Shown here: positions 10,020 through 19,835 of the stretch, one piece after another | Layout: the number at the start of each line of letters is the position of its first letter | Numbering within the stretch: position 1 is the first letter of the stretch | Source: a virus | Taxonomy: Duplodnaviria > Caudoviricetes | Virus record (IMG/VR): IMGVR_UViG_3300022752_000013 | Length of the DNA: 64,000 bases | Direction: 5' to 3' (one strand) | Notes under the pieces: model-generated | The model's database searches: none | What the model saw: only the letters and a program-made list of their open reading frames with translations | What the model was told of the DNA's origin: nothing | Translations under genes and position numbers: made by a program

Positions 10020-10553
10020 ATGGGTACAAAACAAGTTAAAGTTGGATTTTTAATAGTTGCTGATGATCAAGTGTCAGCAAACGTAACTATTGCTTTCAAT
10101 GGCGTACAAAAATGGTCAGGACCATTGGCAAACACTAACGATTCTATTCCTGATTACGACACACCAGATGTTCCATATTCTTACGCTACATTTGATTTGG
10201 ACATACAAGACACTCCTGTACCATTGATAAGTGGGATGACAACTGCTAAAGATGTTACATTCACTGTGACAGGTGGTGATGCTATTTTTAAGACTATGTC
10301 ATCAAACTATGGTATCAGCAGGCAAGAAATAACTCCTCCAACTGACCCGGTGACCTATCAACTCATGCCCGGGACCTCAACTGAGTTTAATCAGATACTA
10401 CCAACCGCACAACCCACTTGGAATGATGTACCTCTCCTGGATAGATTTAATTTTGCTGATGACCCATGGGGACCCATGTTGGTTGAACCGGACGAACTAT
10501 TGGAATTTCCAGTCCAGATACAATGGTACAACGATTCTCTACCTACACCTTGA
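10020..10553 (+). CDS. Hypothetical protein (late promoter upstream, possibly structural)
   Basis: 177-aa ORF with SD AGGAG and TAAATA upstream. Confidence 0.6.
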   Translation: MGTKQVKVGFLIVADDQVSANVTIAFNGVQKWSGPLANTNDSIPDYDTPDVPYSYATFDLDIQDTPVPLISGMTTAKDVTFTVTGGDAIFKTMSSNYGISRQEITPPTDPVTYQLMPGTSTEFNQILPTAQPTWNDVPLLDRFNFADDPWGPMLVEPDELLEFPVQIQWYNDSLPTP

Positions 10554-10598
10554 TTTTAAATCCAGAGTATTACTAGCGAAAAGTACTACTTTTGTAAC

Positions 10599-10626
10599 AA
10601 CCCTGCCCTGTGCAGGGTTTTTCTTT
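10599..10626 (+). terminator. Rho-independent terminator, identical copy at 43893-43920
   Basis: AACCCTGC-CCTGT-GCAGGGTT hairpin plus T-tract. Confidence 0.8.
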
Positions 10627-10631
10627 GGCAG

Positions 10632-10660
10632 TTGACCAGGAATTTACAATTTGCTATAAT
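10632..10660 (+). promoter_or_regulatory. Sigma70-type early promoter
   Basis: TTGACC-N17-TATAAT. Confidence 0.85.
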
Positions 10661-10690
10661 CGTTGCATACAAACAAAAAAGGAACCTAAA

Positions 10691-10912
10691 ATGAATATCA
10701 AACTCCGAGCCGCATTTCAAACAGCAGGAATTCTTGCTGTGATTTGTACCGTATCAGTTGGTGTACAACTTTTGTTAACAGGTTTAACTGCTGATGAAAT
10801 CTCTAAAATTCTGTCAGTAGGAAGTATTACACTTTTGGTATATTGCATGTACCAATTGGTGCTGAGCCGCTTGGAATACACCCAAAAAGTCAATGAAATC
10901 GTTAAAAAGTAA
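10691..10912 (+). CDS. Small two-TM membrane protein
   Basis: MNIKLRAAFQ..., SD AAGGA, two hydrophobic segments. Confidence 0.7.
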   Translation: MNIKLRAAFQTAGILAVICTVSVGVQLLLTGLTADEISKILSVGSITLLVYCMYQLVLSRLEYTQKVNEIVKK

Positions 10913-10955
10913 TACTTTTAGCGTAGTTGACCAATAATTCAAAATCGGCTATAAT
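10905..10955 (+). promoter_or_regulatory. Palindromic operator-like site plus sigma70-type early promoter
   Basis: AAAAGTA-A-TACTTTT (10905-10919); TTGACC (10927)-N17-TATAAT (10950). Confidence 0.8.
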
Positions 10956-10989
10956 ATAGACTTAGTAACACACAAAAGGGCTAGTAACC

Positions 10990-12012
10990 ATGAGTGCAAT
11001 TCGAGTAGTAAACGGTACATACCGTAACAAACCCGTCCGTAATCAAGAATTTGTTCTTGTCAGCGGTTTCCAAACTGGCGCCAAAGGTAACTATGTTACT
11101 GTGAAAAATAATGGCACCTTCCCAAACTGCCCTGAAACGATTCGTATCAGCGTTGACAACATATCAGAAATAGAGTATACTAACGGCATGACACAATCCA
11201 ATACTGTACACTTTGAAAAGCCCGCTCCTGTTGTTGAATCTGATGAGGATGCAATGACTCGTATCCGCGAGCGTTTTGACATTCTTACAGAGATGACCAA
11301 GGCCGCCACAGCCGGCGACATCCGTGCTATGATTGTGAGCGGCCCCCCTGGGGTTGGCAAGAGTTTTGGTGTTGAGCAAGAAATCGAAAAGGCCTGCTTG
11401 TTTGACAAGATCTCAGGCAAGAAACTTCGTGCAGAAGTTGTCAAAGGTAGTGCCACACCCATTGGTCTGTTCCAAACACTTTACAAATACTCCGACGCCA
11501 ATTGCGTGTTGGTGTTTGACGACTGTGACAGCATTTTGCTAGATGACGTGGCTCTTAACTTGTTAAAGGGTGCCTTGGACTCCGGCAAGAAACGTACTAT
11601 TTCATGGTTGAGTGAGAGCAGTGCCTTGCGCCGTGAAGGGATCCCAGATCGGTTCGAGTTCAAAGGTAGTGTTATTTTCATTACTAACTTGAAGTTTGAT
11701 CAAATGAAATCGCAAAAATTGCGTGATCACTTGGATGCTTTGCAAAGCCGTTGTCATTATCTGGATCTGACCTTGGACTCACAGCGTGACAAATTGTTGC
11801 GCATCAAACAGATTGCCAAAGATGGTGTGCTGTTTTCAGACTATGACTTTGATGACGCCACACAAGACGACATCATCGATTTTATGCATGCCAACAAAGA
11901 TCGTTTACGCGAGTTGAGTTTGCGCATGGCACTGAAGATTGCAGACCTGCGCAAGATGTCGATGCTGAATTGGAAACGTCTAGCAGAGACAACTTGTATG
12001 AAGAGTGCCTAA
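10990..12012 (+). CDS. AAA+ ATPase
   Basis: Walker A GPPGVGKS, Walker B LVFDDCD, sensor FITN, SRC arginine finger. Confidence 0.9.
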   Translation: MSAIRVVNGTYRNKPVRNQEFVLVSGFQTGAKGNYVTVKNNGTFPNCPETIRISVDNISEIEYTNGMTQSNTVHFEKPAPVVESDEDAMTRIRERFDILTEMTKAATAGDIRAMIVSGPPGVGKSFGVEQEIEKACLFDKISGKKLRAEVVKGSATPIGLFQTLYKYSDANCVLVFDDCDSILLDDVALNLLKGALDSGKKRTISWLSESSALRREGIPDRFEFKGSVIFITNLKFDQMKSQKLRDHLDALQSRCHYLDLTLDSQRDKLLRIKQIAKDGVLFSDYDFDDATQDDIIDFMHANKDRLRELSLRMALKIADLRKMSMLNWKRLAETTCMKSA

Positions 12013-12113
12013 AAGAGTTTGAGGGTCACACCGCCTGGACACTTCTCTTAGTAATAAGACACTAGATCCTGCAACCGTGACCCTCCCCAATTAATAATTT
12101 TTTAAGGATTGAT

Positions 12114-12287
12114 ATGGCAGGCAAAGCAAAATCGGTTTACCTAACAGTGACTCCCAAAGGTCAATTCCAGACTGTTTTTCGCAAGACATTTTTTGATGCC
12201 AAAGGATACAACGACTATGTCAAGAGTGAAGAGTTCAAGACCAAATGGCCCAGTGATCAATTTGATGTTATAAAGGAAACCTACTGA
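12114..12287 (+). CDS. Small hypothetical protein (57 aa)
   Basis: Read by hand: MAGKAKSVYLTVTPKG...IKETY; SD AAGGA. Confidence 0.65.
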   Translation: MAGKAKSVYLTVTPKGQFQTVFRKTFFDAKGYNDYVKSEEFKTKWPSDQFDVIKETY

Positions 12288-12388
12288 TGTACGAAATTTA
12301 TGATGGTGACTTTTTGTTGTTCACAACAAACGACACAGAAGAAGCAGACTATTACAAGATTGAAGGATACATTGTACGAAAGGTTTAG
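12287..12388 (+). CDS. Micro-ORF (33 aa)
   Basis: TGATG coupling; MYEIYDGDFLLFTTNDTEEADYYKIEGYIVRKV. Confidence 0.5.
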   Translation: MYEIYDGDFLLFTTNDTEEADYYKIEGYIVRKV

Positions 12389-12444
12389 TGCGTGATACTC
12401 CAGATCAGGATCGCTAACTCTTACTAGCCCGGCGATCCTTTTAC

Positions 12445-12478
12445 AACAGGTACCCTTTAAAAAGGTACCTGTTTTTTT
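12445..12478 (+). terminator. Rho-independent terminator
   Basis: AACAGGTACC...GGTACCTGTT 10-bp stem plus T-run. Confidence 0.85.
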
Positions 12479-12505
12479 GACTTTTGTTTGCAATAAGTAT
12501 ATACT
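12477..12505 (+). promoter_or_regulatory. Sigma70-type promoter overlapping terminator T-tract
   Basis: TTGACT-N17-TATACT. Confidence 0.7.
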
Positions 12506-12511
12506 GTATCT

Positions 12512-13411
12512 ATGTCACAACAATATCTACATATTGAGTTAAACAAGGACTATACACTTGATTTCAAAATACACAACACGCCAATGGCCGATCTTTGGCT
12601 TGAGCGTATGGACTTGCGACACCCATATCCTATAGATCACCCTGACAGATTTTACGGCTTCGATTCTCAAGAACAGGAAATTTCTCGTGCAGAAAAAATG
12701 ATTCAAGATTGTATTGCCACAATCAATGGTTACCAACCAATTATCGAGCGTGAGTTTACCAATGTATATGATCAAGACTGTTTAAACTATCTGCACAATA
12801 TTTTTGAACGATATCATGGGTTATTAAATCAACAAAAAACTATTTGGTGGCTAAGAGCCCCAAACCCTGTAAAAAAGGCACTGGCAGAATTGAATTTGGC
12901 AGTTCACCGTTGTGAAACTTGCTCAAAATCAATTCTCAACAGATTTGTATGCACCTGGTATGGTGTACCCAAAGATGTTGTGTTACCCGAACATCTCATG
13001 ATGCAATATGGAGAGTTGTCTCCGCCTTTTGGCAGTGTGTGTATAAATTACACAGAGGTTGGCAAGACATTATTGGATCTTTCAATGGATAACGACGAAT
13101 ACATTGGCGATGATGCATTTCAACCATTCCATCATTATAGTCCAGATTTTGTAGTGAGGATGTACGAATTATCACCCGAACGAATAGACAAAATATTAAA
13201 AAACATGCAAACTTACTATCAAGAACATTATGATTTTTTTAGCAGTCGCGGATTGACAGATTTTAACCATGTTAAATTACAGCCGCTAGTCTTTCCTGTT
13301 GCTCAGTTAATAGAAACTACCACAAGAGAACAACTGCTTAAAGACATACAACAAAGACAATATATTACCAGAGTTTATATAGATGAAACGATGCACCATA
13401 CAAATCCGTGA
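12512..13411 (+). CDS. Hypothetical protein
   Basis: 299-aa ORF coupled to helicase. Confidence 0.7.
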   Translation: MSQQYLHIELNKDYTLDFKIHNTPMADLWLERMDLRHPYPIDHPDRFYGFDSQEQEISRAEKMIQDCIATINGYQPIIEREFTNVYDQDCLNYLHNIFERYHGLLNQQKTIWWLRAPNPVKKALAELNLAVHRCETCSKSILNRFVCTWYGVPKDVVLPEHLMMQYGELSPPFGSVCINYTEVGKTLLDLSMDNDEYIGDDAFQPFHHYSPDFVVRMYELSPERIDKILKNMQTYYQEHYDFFSSRGLTDFNHVKLQPLVFPVAQLIETTTREQLLKDIQQRQYITRVYIDETMHHTNP

Positions 13412-14852
13412 TGAAGTAAACATCCGACTAGAAGGACTAGATCTAGATGTTCGCAAGGCCTTGGTCACGGCTTTCAAATACGAAAACCCGGCCGCACGTT
13501 ACATGCCAGCAGTGCGACTGGGACGCTGGGATGGTAAGGTTGCATACTTCCAACTTGGCGGCAGTACATACACAAACTTGCTGCCTGAGATTGTTCCCAT
13601 CCTTGAAAAGTTTGATTACGACATTGAGATAGATGATCAAAGAGAGTACTCTACCTCATTTGAGTTTCAACAGGTGCGTGAGGATTCGTTTGCACACATC
13701 ATGTGGCCTAAAGGTCACCCTGCTGTGGGTGAACCCATCATCATGAGAGACTATCAAGTTGAGATTGTGAACAACTTTCTGGCCAATCCGCAATGCCTGC
13801 AAGAAGTGGCCACAGGAGCAGGCAAAACAATCATGACAGCGGCCTTGTCCAATGCTGTCACACCATATGGCCGCAGTATCGTTATTGTGCCCAACAAGAG
13901 TCTAGTGACGCAAACAGAAAAAGACTACATCAACATGGAGCAAGATGTGGGTGTGTTCTTTGGCGATAGAAAAGAATACGGACGCACACATACCATTTGT
14001 ACCTGGCAAAGTTTGAATGTGCTGTTAAAGAACACCAAGGCAGGCACAGGCAAAGTGACCATTGGCGAGTTTTTGGAAGGTGTGGTATGTGTTATTGTAG
14101 ACGAAGTACACATGGCCAAAGCAGATGCACTCAAAACTTTGCTAACTGGTGTGATGGCTAGAGTGCCAATTCGGTGGGGGTTGACCGGAACTATTCCCAA
14201 AGAGAAGTTTGAAAGCCAATCGTTGTTGGTTAGTCTTGGACCTGTTATTGGACGCTTGAGTGCTAATGAGTTACAGCAACAAGGTGTACTGGCTCAATGC
14301 CACGTGAACATTGTGCAACTGGTTGATCACGTGGAGTATAAAGAGTATCAAAGTGAACTTAAATACCTGCTGGAAGAGTCGGGGCGATTGGACACCATGG
14401 CCGACCTTATACGTCGGGTAAACGAAACAGGCAACACCTTGGTGCTTGTGGACAGGGTAGCCGCAGGGCATGCCTTAGTAGAGCGCCTGGGTGATCGTGC
14501 TGTGTTTGTATCCGGAGCGACCAAAGCAAAGGACCGTCAAGATGAATACGACGAAGTTGCAGAGTCAACAGACAAAATTATCGTGGCCACGTATGGTGTG
14601 GCCGCTGTTGGAATTAACATTCCGCGAATTTTTAATTTGGTTCTCATTGAACCTGGCAAAAGTTTTGTTAGAGTTATCCAAAGCATCGGGCGCGGAATTC
14701 GAAAAGCAGAAGACAAAGATCACGTGCAAATTTGGGACATTACTTCCACCTGCAAGTTTGCCAAGCGACACCTGACCAAACGCAAAACTTTTTATCGCGA
14801 GGCCAACTACCCTTTCACTCAAGAAAAACTAGAGTGGATGAAGATAGCATGA
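13383..14852 (+). CDS. uvsW: UvsW-like SF2 DNA helicase
   Basis: ATGAGKT, IVDEVH, GLTGT, QSIGRGIR. Confidence 0.9.
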   Translation: MKRCTIQIRDEVNIRLEGLDLDVRKALVTAFKYENPAARYMPAVRLGRWDGKVAYFQLGGSTYTNLLPEIVPILEKFDYDIEIDDQREYSTSFEFQQVREDSFAHIMWPKGHPAVGEPIIMRDYQVEIVNNFLANPQCLQEVATGAGKTIMTAALSNAVTPYGRSIVIVPNKSLVTQTEKDYINMEQDVGVFFGDRKEYGRTHTICTWQSLNVLLKNTKAGTGKVTIGEFLEGVVCVIVDEVHMAKADALKTLLTGVMARVPIRWGLTGTIPKEKFESQSLLVSLGPVIGRLSANELQQQGVLAQCHVNIVQLVDHVEYKEYQSELKYLLEESGRLDTMADLIRRVNETGNTLVLVDRVAAGHALVERLGDRAVFVSGATKAKDRQDEYDEVAESTDKIIVATYGVAAVGINIPRIFNLVLIEPGKSFVRVIQSIGRGIRKAEDKDHVQIWDITSTCKFAKRHLTKRKTFYREANYPFTQEKLEWMKIA

Positions 14853-15499
14853 AGAAGTTGCTAGTAGTAGGTGACAGTTTCATGCACCCTGACACAAATT
14901 TTCCTGGTCAACATTGGAGTGAAATGTTGCCTGAATATGAAATAATCATGCTTTCTCAACCAGGTTCAACCAATGGCATGATAGCCTGGCAGTTTTTTGA
15001 AGGATTAAAACTCAACCCTGATGCAGTGGTGTTAGGATTCACTGAACCCAATAGAATTGAGTTTGAAGCAACTGTTGAGCAACAAAAAAACTTTAAAAGA
15101 AAATGGTTAAGCAACGGGCACACAAGTTTAACATCTGATCAAAAACTAGCGGTAGATTATTATGTTGCACTGTCTGATGATCAAATGAATCGATTTAAAT
15201 CATGTGTAATAGCAAGAGGGTTATTTCTCACTTGCGAGAGTCAAGGTATACCCTATGCATATACGCTAAACGGACTTTTTAATAACCTTCATCATTTGCC
15301 GTACCCATCAGATCCTGATGTTAACAATATATTGAAAGAATTCTTTCATAGAATGTGTGCAACCAATTTGGCCACCTACCCTAAGTTTAAACAGTCACCA
15401 GGATTTCATACAGATGACCTGAGTTGGCAACAAAGATTTGCCCAGGAGGCCAGAGAAATATTGCAACAACCCATTGACAATACTATACAAATAGTATAA
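14849..15499 (+). CDS. SGNH/GDSL-like hypothetical protein
   Basis: LVVGDSF, PGSTN, C-terminal GFH; ATGA overlap sets start. Confidence 0.55.
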   Translation: MKKLLVVGDSFMHPDTNFPGQHWSEMLPEYEIIMLSQPGSTNGMIAWQFFEGLKLNPDAVVLGFTEPNRIEFEATVEQQKNFKRKWLSNGHTSLTSDQKLAVDYYVALSDDQMNRFKSCVIARGLFLTCESQGIPYAYTLNGLFNNLHHLPYPSDPDVNNILKEFFHRMCATNLATYPKFKQSPGFHTDDLSWQQRFAQEAREILQQPIDNTIQIV

Positions 15500-15502
15500 A
15501 AT
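15474..15502 (+). promoter_or_regulatory. Sigma70-type promoter
   Basis: TTGACA-N17-TAAAAT. Confidence 0.65.
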
Positions 15503-15508
15503 AAAACC

Positions 15509-16009
15509 ATGCGCATACTAACACTCGACAACGCTCCTTATGATCTTGATCATTTGCCTGAACAGGTAGAAGACATGAGATTTGCAATCTTGGACAATTC
15601 AGATCCTGCTAACCCAGACTATCATTATATTCCATTAATCTTTTTGGAAAGTTTTAATGCACCTGCCTTGGTGCTACAGATAGGCACCAACAGAATACGA
15701 ATGCCGGTAGACTGGCAAATACTCATTGGAGAACCCGATGTGGGTGATCTAGAAGTGCTACCATTGACCAGTATCAATGATAGAGGATTCCGTGCATTCC
15801 AATTCAATCCATTAAGCAGTTTCCGTCCCTCCTTTCCTAACATAGAGATAGTAGATGTGTATCAAGAAGTGGCCTGGTATGCACCCAAACTCAAAAACGG
15901 TCAAATGTTGTGTGTGCCTATAGACGATAGTGCCACTCCGGACTGTGTGTATTTTGTGAAAGACGTTAGTCGCAACTGCGAGATAGTGGACTACAACAAG
16001 GCCTGGTAA
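15509..16009 (+). CDS. Conserved phage hypothetical protein
   Basis: 166-aa ORF, operonic with following genes. Confidence 0.7.
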   Translation: MRILTLDNAPYDLDHLPEQVEDMRFAILDNSDPANPDYHYIPLIFLESFNAPALVLQIGTNRIRMPVDWQILIGEPDVGDLEVLPLTSINDRGFRAFQFNPLSSFRPSFPNIEIVDVYQEVAWYAPKLKNGQMLCVPIDDSATPDCVYFVKDVSRNCEIVDYNKAW

Positions 16010-16308
16010 TGGGAACACTCAAGCCCAATACCACTTACATTTACGAACGTGCCGACGGTGTTGTATATGCTCGAGAGTCAGGCGCTGACCCAAGTACCCG
16101 AATTGAAGTGGGCTATGAGTATGATCCTGTCTCGGGGCACCGGATAGATTACGATTCAAGAACAGGTAACGGCAGACCCTTGCATGACCATATTATGGAA
16201 GACAAGATGTGGGGTGAAATACGTCGTACTGCAAAAATCAATCCCACTTTACAAGATGCACTAGAACGTGCTATAATGATCTATCAATTGAGCAAAGAAC
16301 ATGAGTGA
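16009..16308 (+). CDS. Hypothetical protein
   Basis: TAATG coupling, 99 aa. Confidence 0.7.
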   Translation: MGTLKPNTTYIYERADGVVYARESGADPSTRIEVGYEYDPVSGHRIDYDSRTGNGRPLHDHIMEDKMWGEIRRTAKINPTLQDALERAIMIYQLSKEHE

Positions 16309-16747
16309 CAAACTAAACATTGCCAACGAGATGCGTATGTTTGACCGCAAGGTTAGATCATTCTATGACGATCTCACACCCGAGGAAAAGAAAAAGTTTT
16401 CAACCTATCTCATGATACGTTGGGGTTCGGCAGTGGAGGGCTCAAGAGAACTGCAAGAATTCTATGTAATTGCCACCAACGAGCGCCTGAACAAACACTT
16501 TTTTGATGTAGCCAAACATCCTAAATTGCAGTGGCTCATGGCTACCAGTGTAAGTCCAGGATTGGGCACACCAAGACATCCGTGGATTGCGCCCCGTAAA
16601 AAAGAAGCAGGACTCAGTGCCAAACGTCGAGCATTAATGTCCATGTACCCTGACTATAAAGATGATGAAATTGATGTCATGGCACAGATAACAACACAAA
16701 AAGAAATTGACGCTTACAACAAGCAAGCAGGTAATGAAAAGAAATGA
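16301..16747 (+). CDS. Clamp-loader small subunit-like protein (T4 gp62-like)
   Basis: Helical 148-aa protein, YLMIRW..N..LN.HF..HPKLQW pattern; replication context. Confidence 0.5.
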   Translation: MSDKLNIANEMRMFDRKVRSFYDDLTPEEKKKFSTYLMIRWGSAVEGSRELQEFYVIATNERLNKHFFDVAKHPKLQWLMATSVSPGLGTPRHPWIAPRKKEAGLSAKRRALMSMYPDYKDDEIDVMAQITTQKEIDAYNKQAGNEKK

Positions 16748-17418
16748 CATTCACGTGCGAGTATTGCAAGAAAACATTTGCTAGAGAAACATCAATAGCC
16801 GTTCACATGTGTGAACCCAAACGCAGACGACTTTCACGAGACGAAGCGGGTGTACGCATGGGCTTCCAGGCCTACATCCGATTCTATGAAACCATGCAAG
16901 GTTCGGCCCGGAACAAAACACATGATGATTTTTGTGAATCACCTTACTACCGAGCATTTGTAAAATTTGGCAACTATTGTGTAAACACTCGCGTGGTAGC
17001 ACCGGATCGTTTTATGGCCTGGTTGCTGAAAGCACAAAAGAAGATTGACAACTGGTGTAGCGACAAGGTGTACACCGAATACTTGATTGAATACCTGCGT
17101 GTGGAAGCAGTGGATGATGCTCTAGCACGAGCAGTAGAATACAGTATGCGTTGGGCAGAAGAAACAGACAATCCCCCACATGACTGTATGCGTTATGGCA
17201 ACACCAATGCATTGTGCTATGCTGTCACAGCAGGACGCATTAGTCCTTGGGTGATTTATAATTCAGAATCAGGGCAAAAGTTTTTGAGTGAACTCACAAC
17301 AGAACAAGTGGCCATGGTATGGCCTTACATTGATTCAGACGCCTGGCAAAAGAAGTTCTCAAACTATCCAGCAGATCAAGAGTATGCCAAAGAAATATTG
17401 AAACAGGCAGGATGGTAA
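16744..17418 (+). CDS. Zinc-finger-containing hypothetical protein
   Basis: N-terminal CEYC...HMC. Confidence 0.65.
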   Translation: MTFTCEYCKKTFARETSIAVHMCEPKRRRLSRDEAGVRMGFQAYIRFYETMQGSARNKTHDDFCESPYYRAFVKFGNYCVNTRVVAPDRFMAWLLKAQKKIDNWCSDKVYTEYLIEYLRVEAVDDALARAVEYSMRWAEETDNPPHDCMRYGNTNALCYAVTAGRISPWVIYNSESGQKFLSELTTEQVAMVWPYIDSDAWQKKFSNYPADQEYAKEILKQAGW

Positions 17419-17419
17419 C

Positions 17420-17776
17420 ATGATCAAAGCAATTCACACCATTGGAAAGTATATACAAGTAATAGGCGGCAGTGCCAGCACCTATGTGACTGCCCAGGCC
17501 GGTTCACAAGGAGTTGGTAACTTGCGTTTCAACACCAGCCAGCAACGACTAGAAGTATATGATGGCATGACCTGGTTGGAATTAAACTCACCACATGCCA
17601 GTGTAGGACTCAACGGAGTGGCTGAAGAGGCAATTGATTGGGCACGACGACAGATGGAAGAAGAAAAAAGGCTTGAGGTCCTGGCCAAAGAACATCCTGC
17701 TGTGTCAGATGCACTCGAAGCAGTTCAACAAGCCCAGGAACGAGTTAGAATTGTGGCAGCATTGGTGCAAGAATGA
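17420..17776 (+). CDS. Hypothetical protein
   Basis: 118 aa, operonic. Confidence 0.7.
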   Translation: MIKAIHTIGKYIQVIGGSASTYVTAQAGSQGVGNLRFNTSQQRLEVYDGMTWLELNSPHASVGLNGVAEEAIDWARRQMEEEKRLEVLAKEHPAVSDALEAVQQAQERVRIVAALVQE

Positions 17777-18333
17777 GCGCAGACATTGATTTAGATTTTG
17801 CTAATCGTGAAGATATACTGAAGTTAATTCAGCATACCCCGGCACGACAAAGCAATGGGCGAAAGCACAACTCAGGAGTGTATGTTACTAACATACCGCG
17901 TGATCCTTTTGCAGGCTGTGCATCTCTGGATTATGAAATTGCCGAACAGCGTGGATACTTTAAACTGGACTTCTTGAACATGAGTGTGTACAGTTTAATA
18001 AAGGATCCTGCACACTATGAATCGATGTTGGCAGCCGCACCGCCTTGGGAACGACTGTGGACTGATCGAGAGTGGGCACGACAACTGGTACACGTGGGCA
18101 ACTATACTGATCTGCTGGCACACATGCGACCAGATTCAATACCCAGGATGGCTGCTTTTATATCTATTATTCGTCCAGGCAAGGCACATTTACAAACACG
18201 CCCCTGGACAGAGGTGTTTGCATCAGTATGGGACGGGGATGATTCGCAAGGTTATACTTTTAAGAAGAGTCACAGTATTTCTTATGCGGCTCTTGTTTCT
18301 TTACACATGAATTTAATCAACACGTCTAACTAG
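17773..18333 (+). CDS. Minimal DNA polymerase III alpha (DnaE)-like catalytic core
   Basis: DIDLDF, KHNSGV, GYFKLDFL, IRPG, GYTFKKSH..SYA in only 186 aa. Confidence 0.8.
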   Translation: MSADIDLDFANREDILKLIQHTPARQSNGRKHNSGVYVTNIPRDPFAGCASLDYEIAEQRGYFKLDFLNMSVYSLIKDPAHYESMLAAAPPWERLWTDREWARQLVHVGNYTDLLAHMRPDSIPRMAAFISIIRPGKAHLQTRPWTEVFASVWDGDDSQGYTFKKSHSISYAALVSLHMNLINTSN

Positions 18334-18699
18334 GGTAATTGATTTACGCTTGCTCTTTTTGCGAGCAATGTCGTTCAAACTGCATATTGGGCCATGCAGA
18401 ATTTCCAAATCTTTGTTGGCAAACGTTCTCAAGGTGGGGCGAAACGGATCCCACTCCCCGCGCAGGAATATGTTAATAGGAATGCTTCTATTGCTTTCCC
18501 ACCACCAAGTGTTGGCCAAATCTATAAATTGACGCTTGGAATCCTGGTCTGTAACAGCCCCAAAGTCGTAGATGGTGGTAATTGCATCATCACGATTTTG
18601 CACTATGCCCACATATTCGTTACTGGCGTATATGCACAGGGTTATAAACGGATATTTGTCTGCCATTTTTTGAAATAAGTCACTGCCCATAAGTTTCAT
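18313..18699 (-). CDS. Conserved hypothetical protein
   Basis: 128 aa; TATAAATA late promoter on minus strand at 18706-18713. Confidence 0.75.
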   Translation of the reverse strand: MKLMGSDLFQKMADKYPFITLCIYASNEYVGIVQNRDDAITTIYDFGAVTDQDSKRQFIDLANTWWWESNRSIPINIFLRGEWDPFRPTLRTFANKDLEILHGPICSLNDIARKKSKRKSITLVRRVD

Positions 18700-18743
18700 T
18701 CGGTTTATTTATACAGTAAACTTTTAGGTAAATATTTGGAACT

Positions 18744-19835
18744 ATGTACTCAACCACAGCCTACATTTATCAACAGATCCAGAGAATTTTATTAATAGAC
18801 ACCACAGGCGTGGGTGAGGTATTTGTTCGGAGGTGGGAACCAGTGTACGCAAAAAAACTAACAATCAACAAGGGCGTGGATAACGTGATCTTGTTTGAAT
18901 TCATTAATCAAGATCAAAAGCCTGTAAACATTACCGGCAGCAATTTGATATTCAGACTAATCAACTTACAAGGCGATGTACAATTGCTGGAAAAAGAGAT
19001 GGTCATATTGAACGCACCGTTTGGACGTGCCAAAGTCACACTGAGTGCCGCAGACACAACAGAACTACCTACTGAACCTGCCAGTTACAGCATAGACAGA
19101 ACCAGTGGCAACCTAACAGAAGCAGTATTTGTGGATGCACAGGCCCAAGCCCGTGCAGATGTGGACATACAAGATAGTGTACTACCAGAGTTTGTGCCCA
19201 GTCACACAGTGACAGTACCTACCATATACGGCCCTGAAATCTACATCAATCCTGTGTTTGCTGGCAACTATCCTGACTGGGCGTTAAATCCTCCTCCGGT
19301 TGGCAATGTCCAGCCCAATCCCGAACGCTATTCAAGTTTTATCCCCACCATTGGTGCCAGTCTGACCACGTTTCAACTAAACATGAATCATTACACTGGC
19401 AATATCAAAGCACAAGCCGCTGAAACCTATCAAAGCACCTGGTATGATGTCAGCAACATATCTTCATATTACAATCGAACAGGTACAGAATACATCAATG
19501 TGCTGGGTTATCATCCACTACTGCGCCTTGCACTTAACAGTTATTCAGGAGCAGAAATTGTAGGGCCGGCCACTGCCAATGCTCAGGCTGCCAATGGAGT
19601 AATCACCGGAATTACAGTGACCAATTCGGGCAACGGTTATCTAGCACCGCCCTTGGTTACCATCATTGGGCTAGGTGCCGGAGCAACCGCAGAAGCAGAA
19701 ATTACTGGCGGTCAAGTTAGTGCCATAAATGTTACTAACGGAGGCTCAGGCTACACACCCTCGCCGGCACAACCTACTGTACCGGCTGCAGTTGTTATCA
19801 CAACAGGGGCAGTGGTAGACATAATTTGTAGATGA
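18744..19835 (+). CDS. Virion structural protein (baseplate/tail-associated)
   Basis: Beta-rich, C-terminal ITVTNSGNGY / VTNGGSGY repeats; late promoter at 18729. Confidence 0.65.
   Translation: MYSTTAYIYQQIQRILLIDTTGVGEVFVRRWEPVYAKKLTINKGVDNVILFEFINQDQKPVNITGSNLIFRLINLQGDVQLLEKEMVILNAPFGRAKVTLSAADTTELPTEPASYSIDRTSGNLTEAVFVDAQAQARADVDIQDSVLPEFVPSHTVTVPTIYGPEIYINPVFAGNYPDWALNPPPVGNVQPNPERYSSFIPTIGASLTTFQLNMNHYTGNIKAQAAETYQSTWYDVSNISSYYNRTGTEYINVLGYHPLLRLALNSYSGAEIVGPATANAQAANGVITGITVTNSGNGYLAPPLVTIIGLGAGATAEAEITGGQVSAINVTNGGSGYTPSPAQPTVPAAVVITTGAVVDIICR

Noticed and set aside
12013-12440. Hammerhead, twister or pistol ribozyme
   Set aside because: Core motifs (CUGANGA/GAAA, twister pseudoknots) could not be placed by eye; left as generic structure.
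15509-16009. Intein/HINT domain
   Set aside because: No initial Cys/Ser and no terminal His-Asn; any fold similarity cannot be verified without a search.
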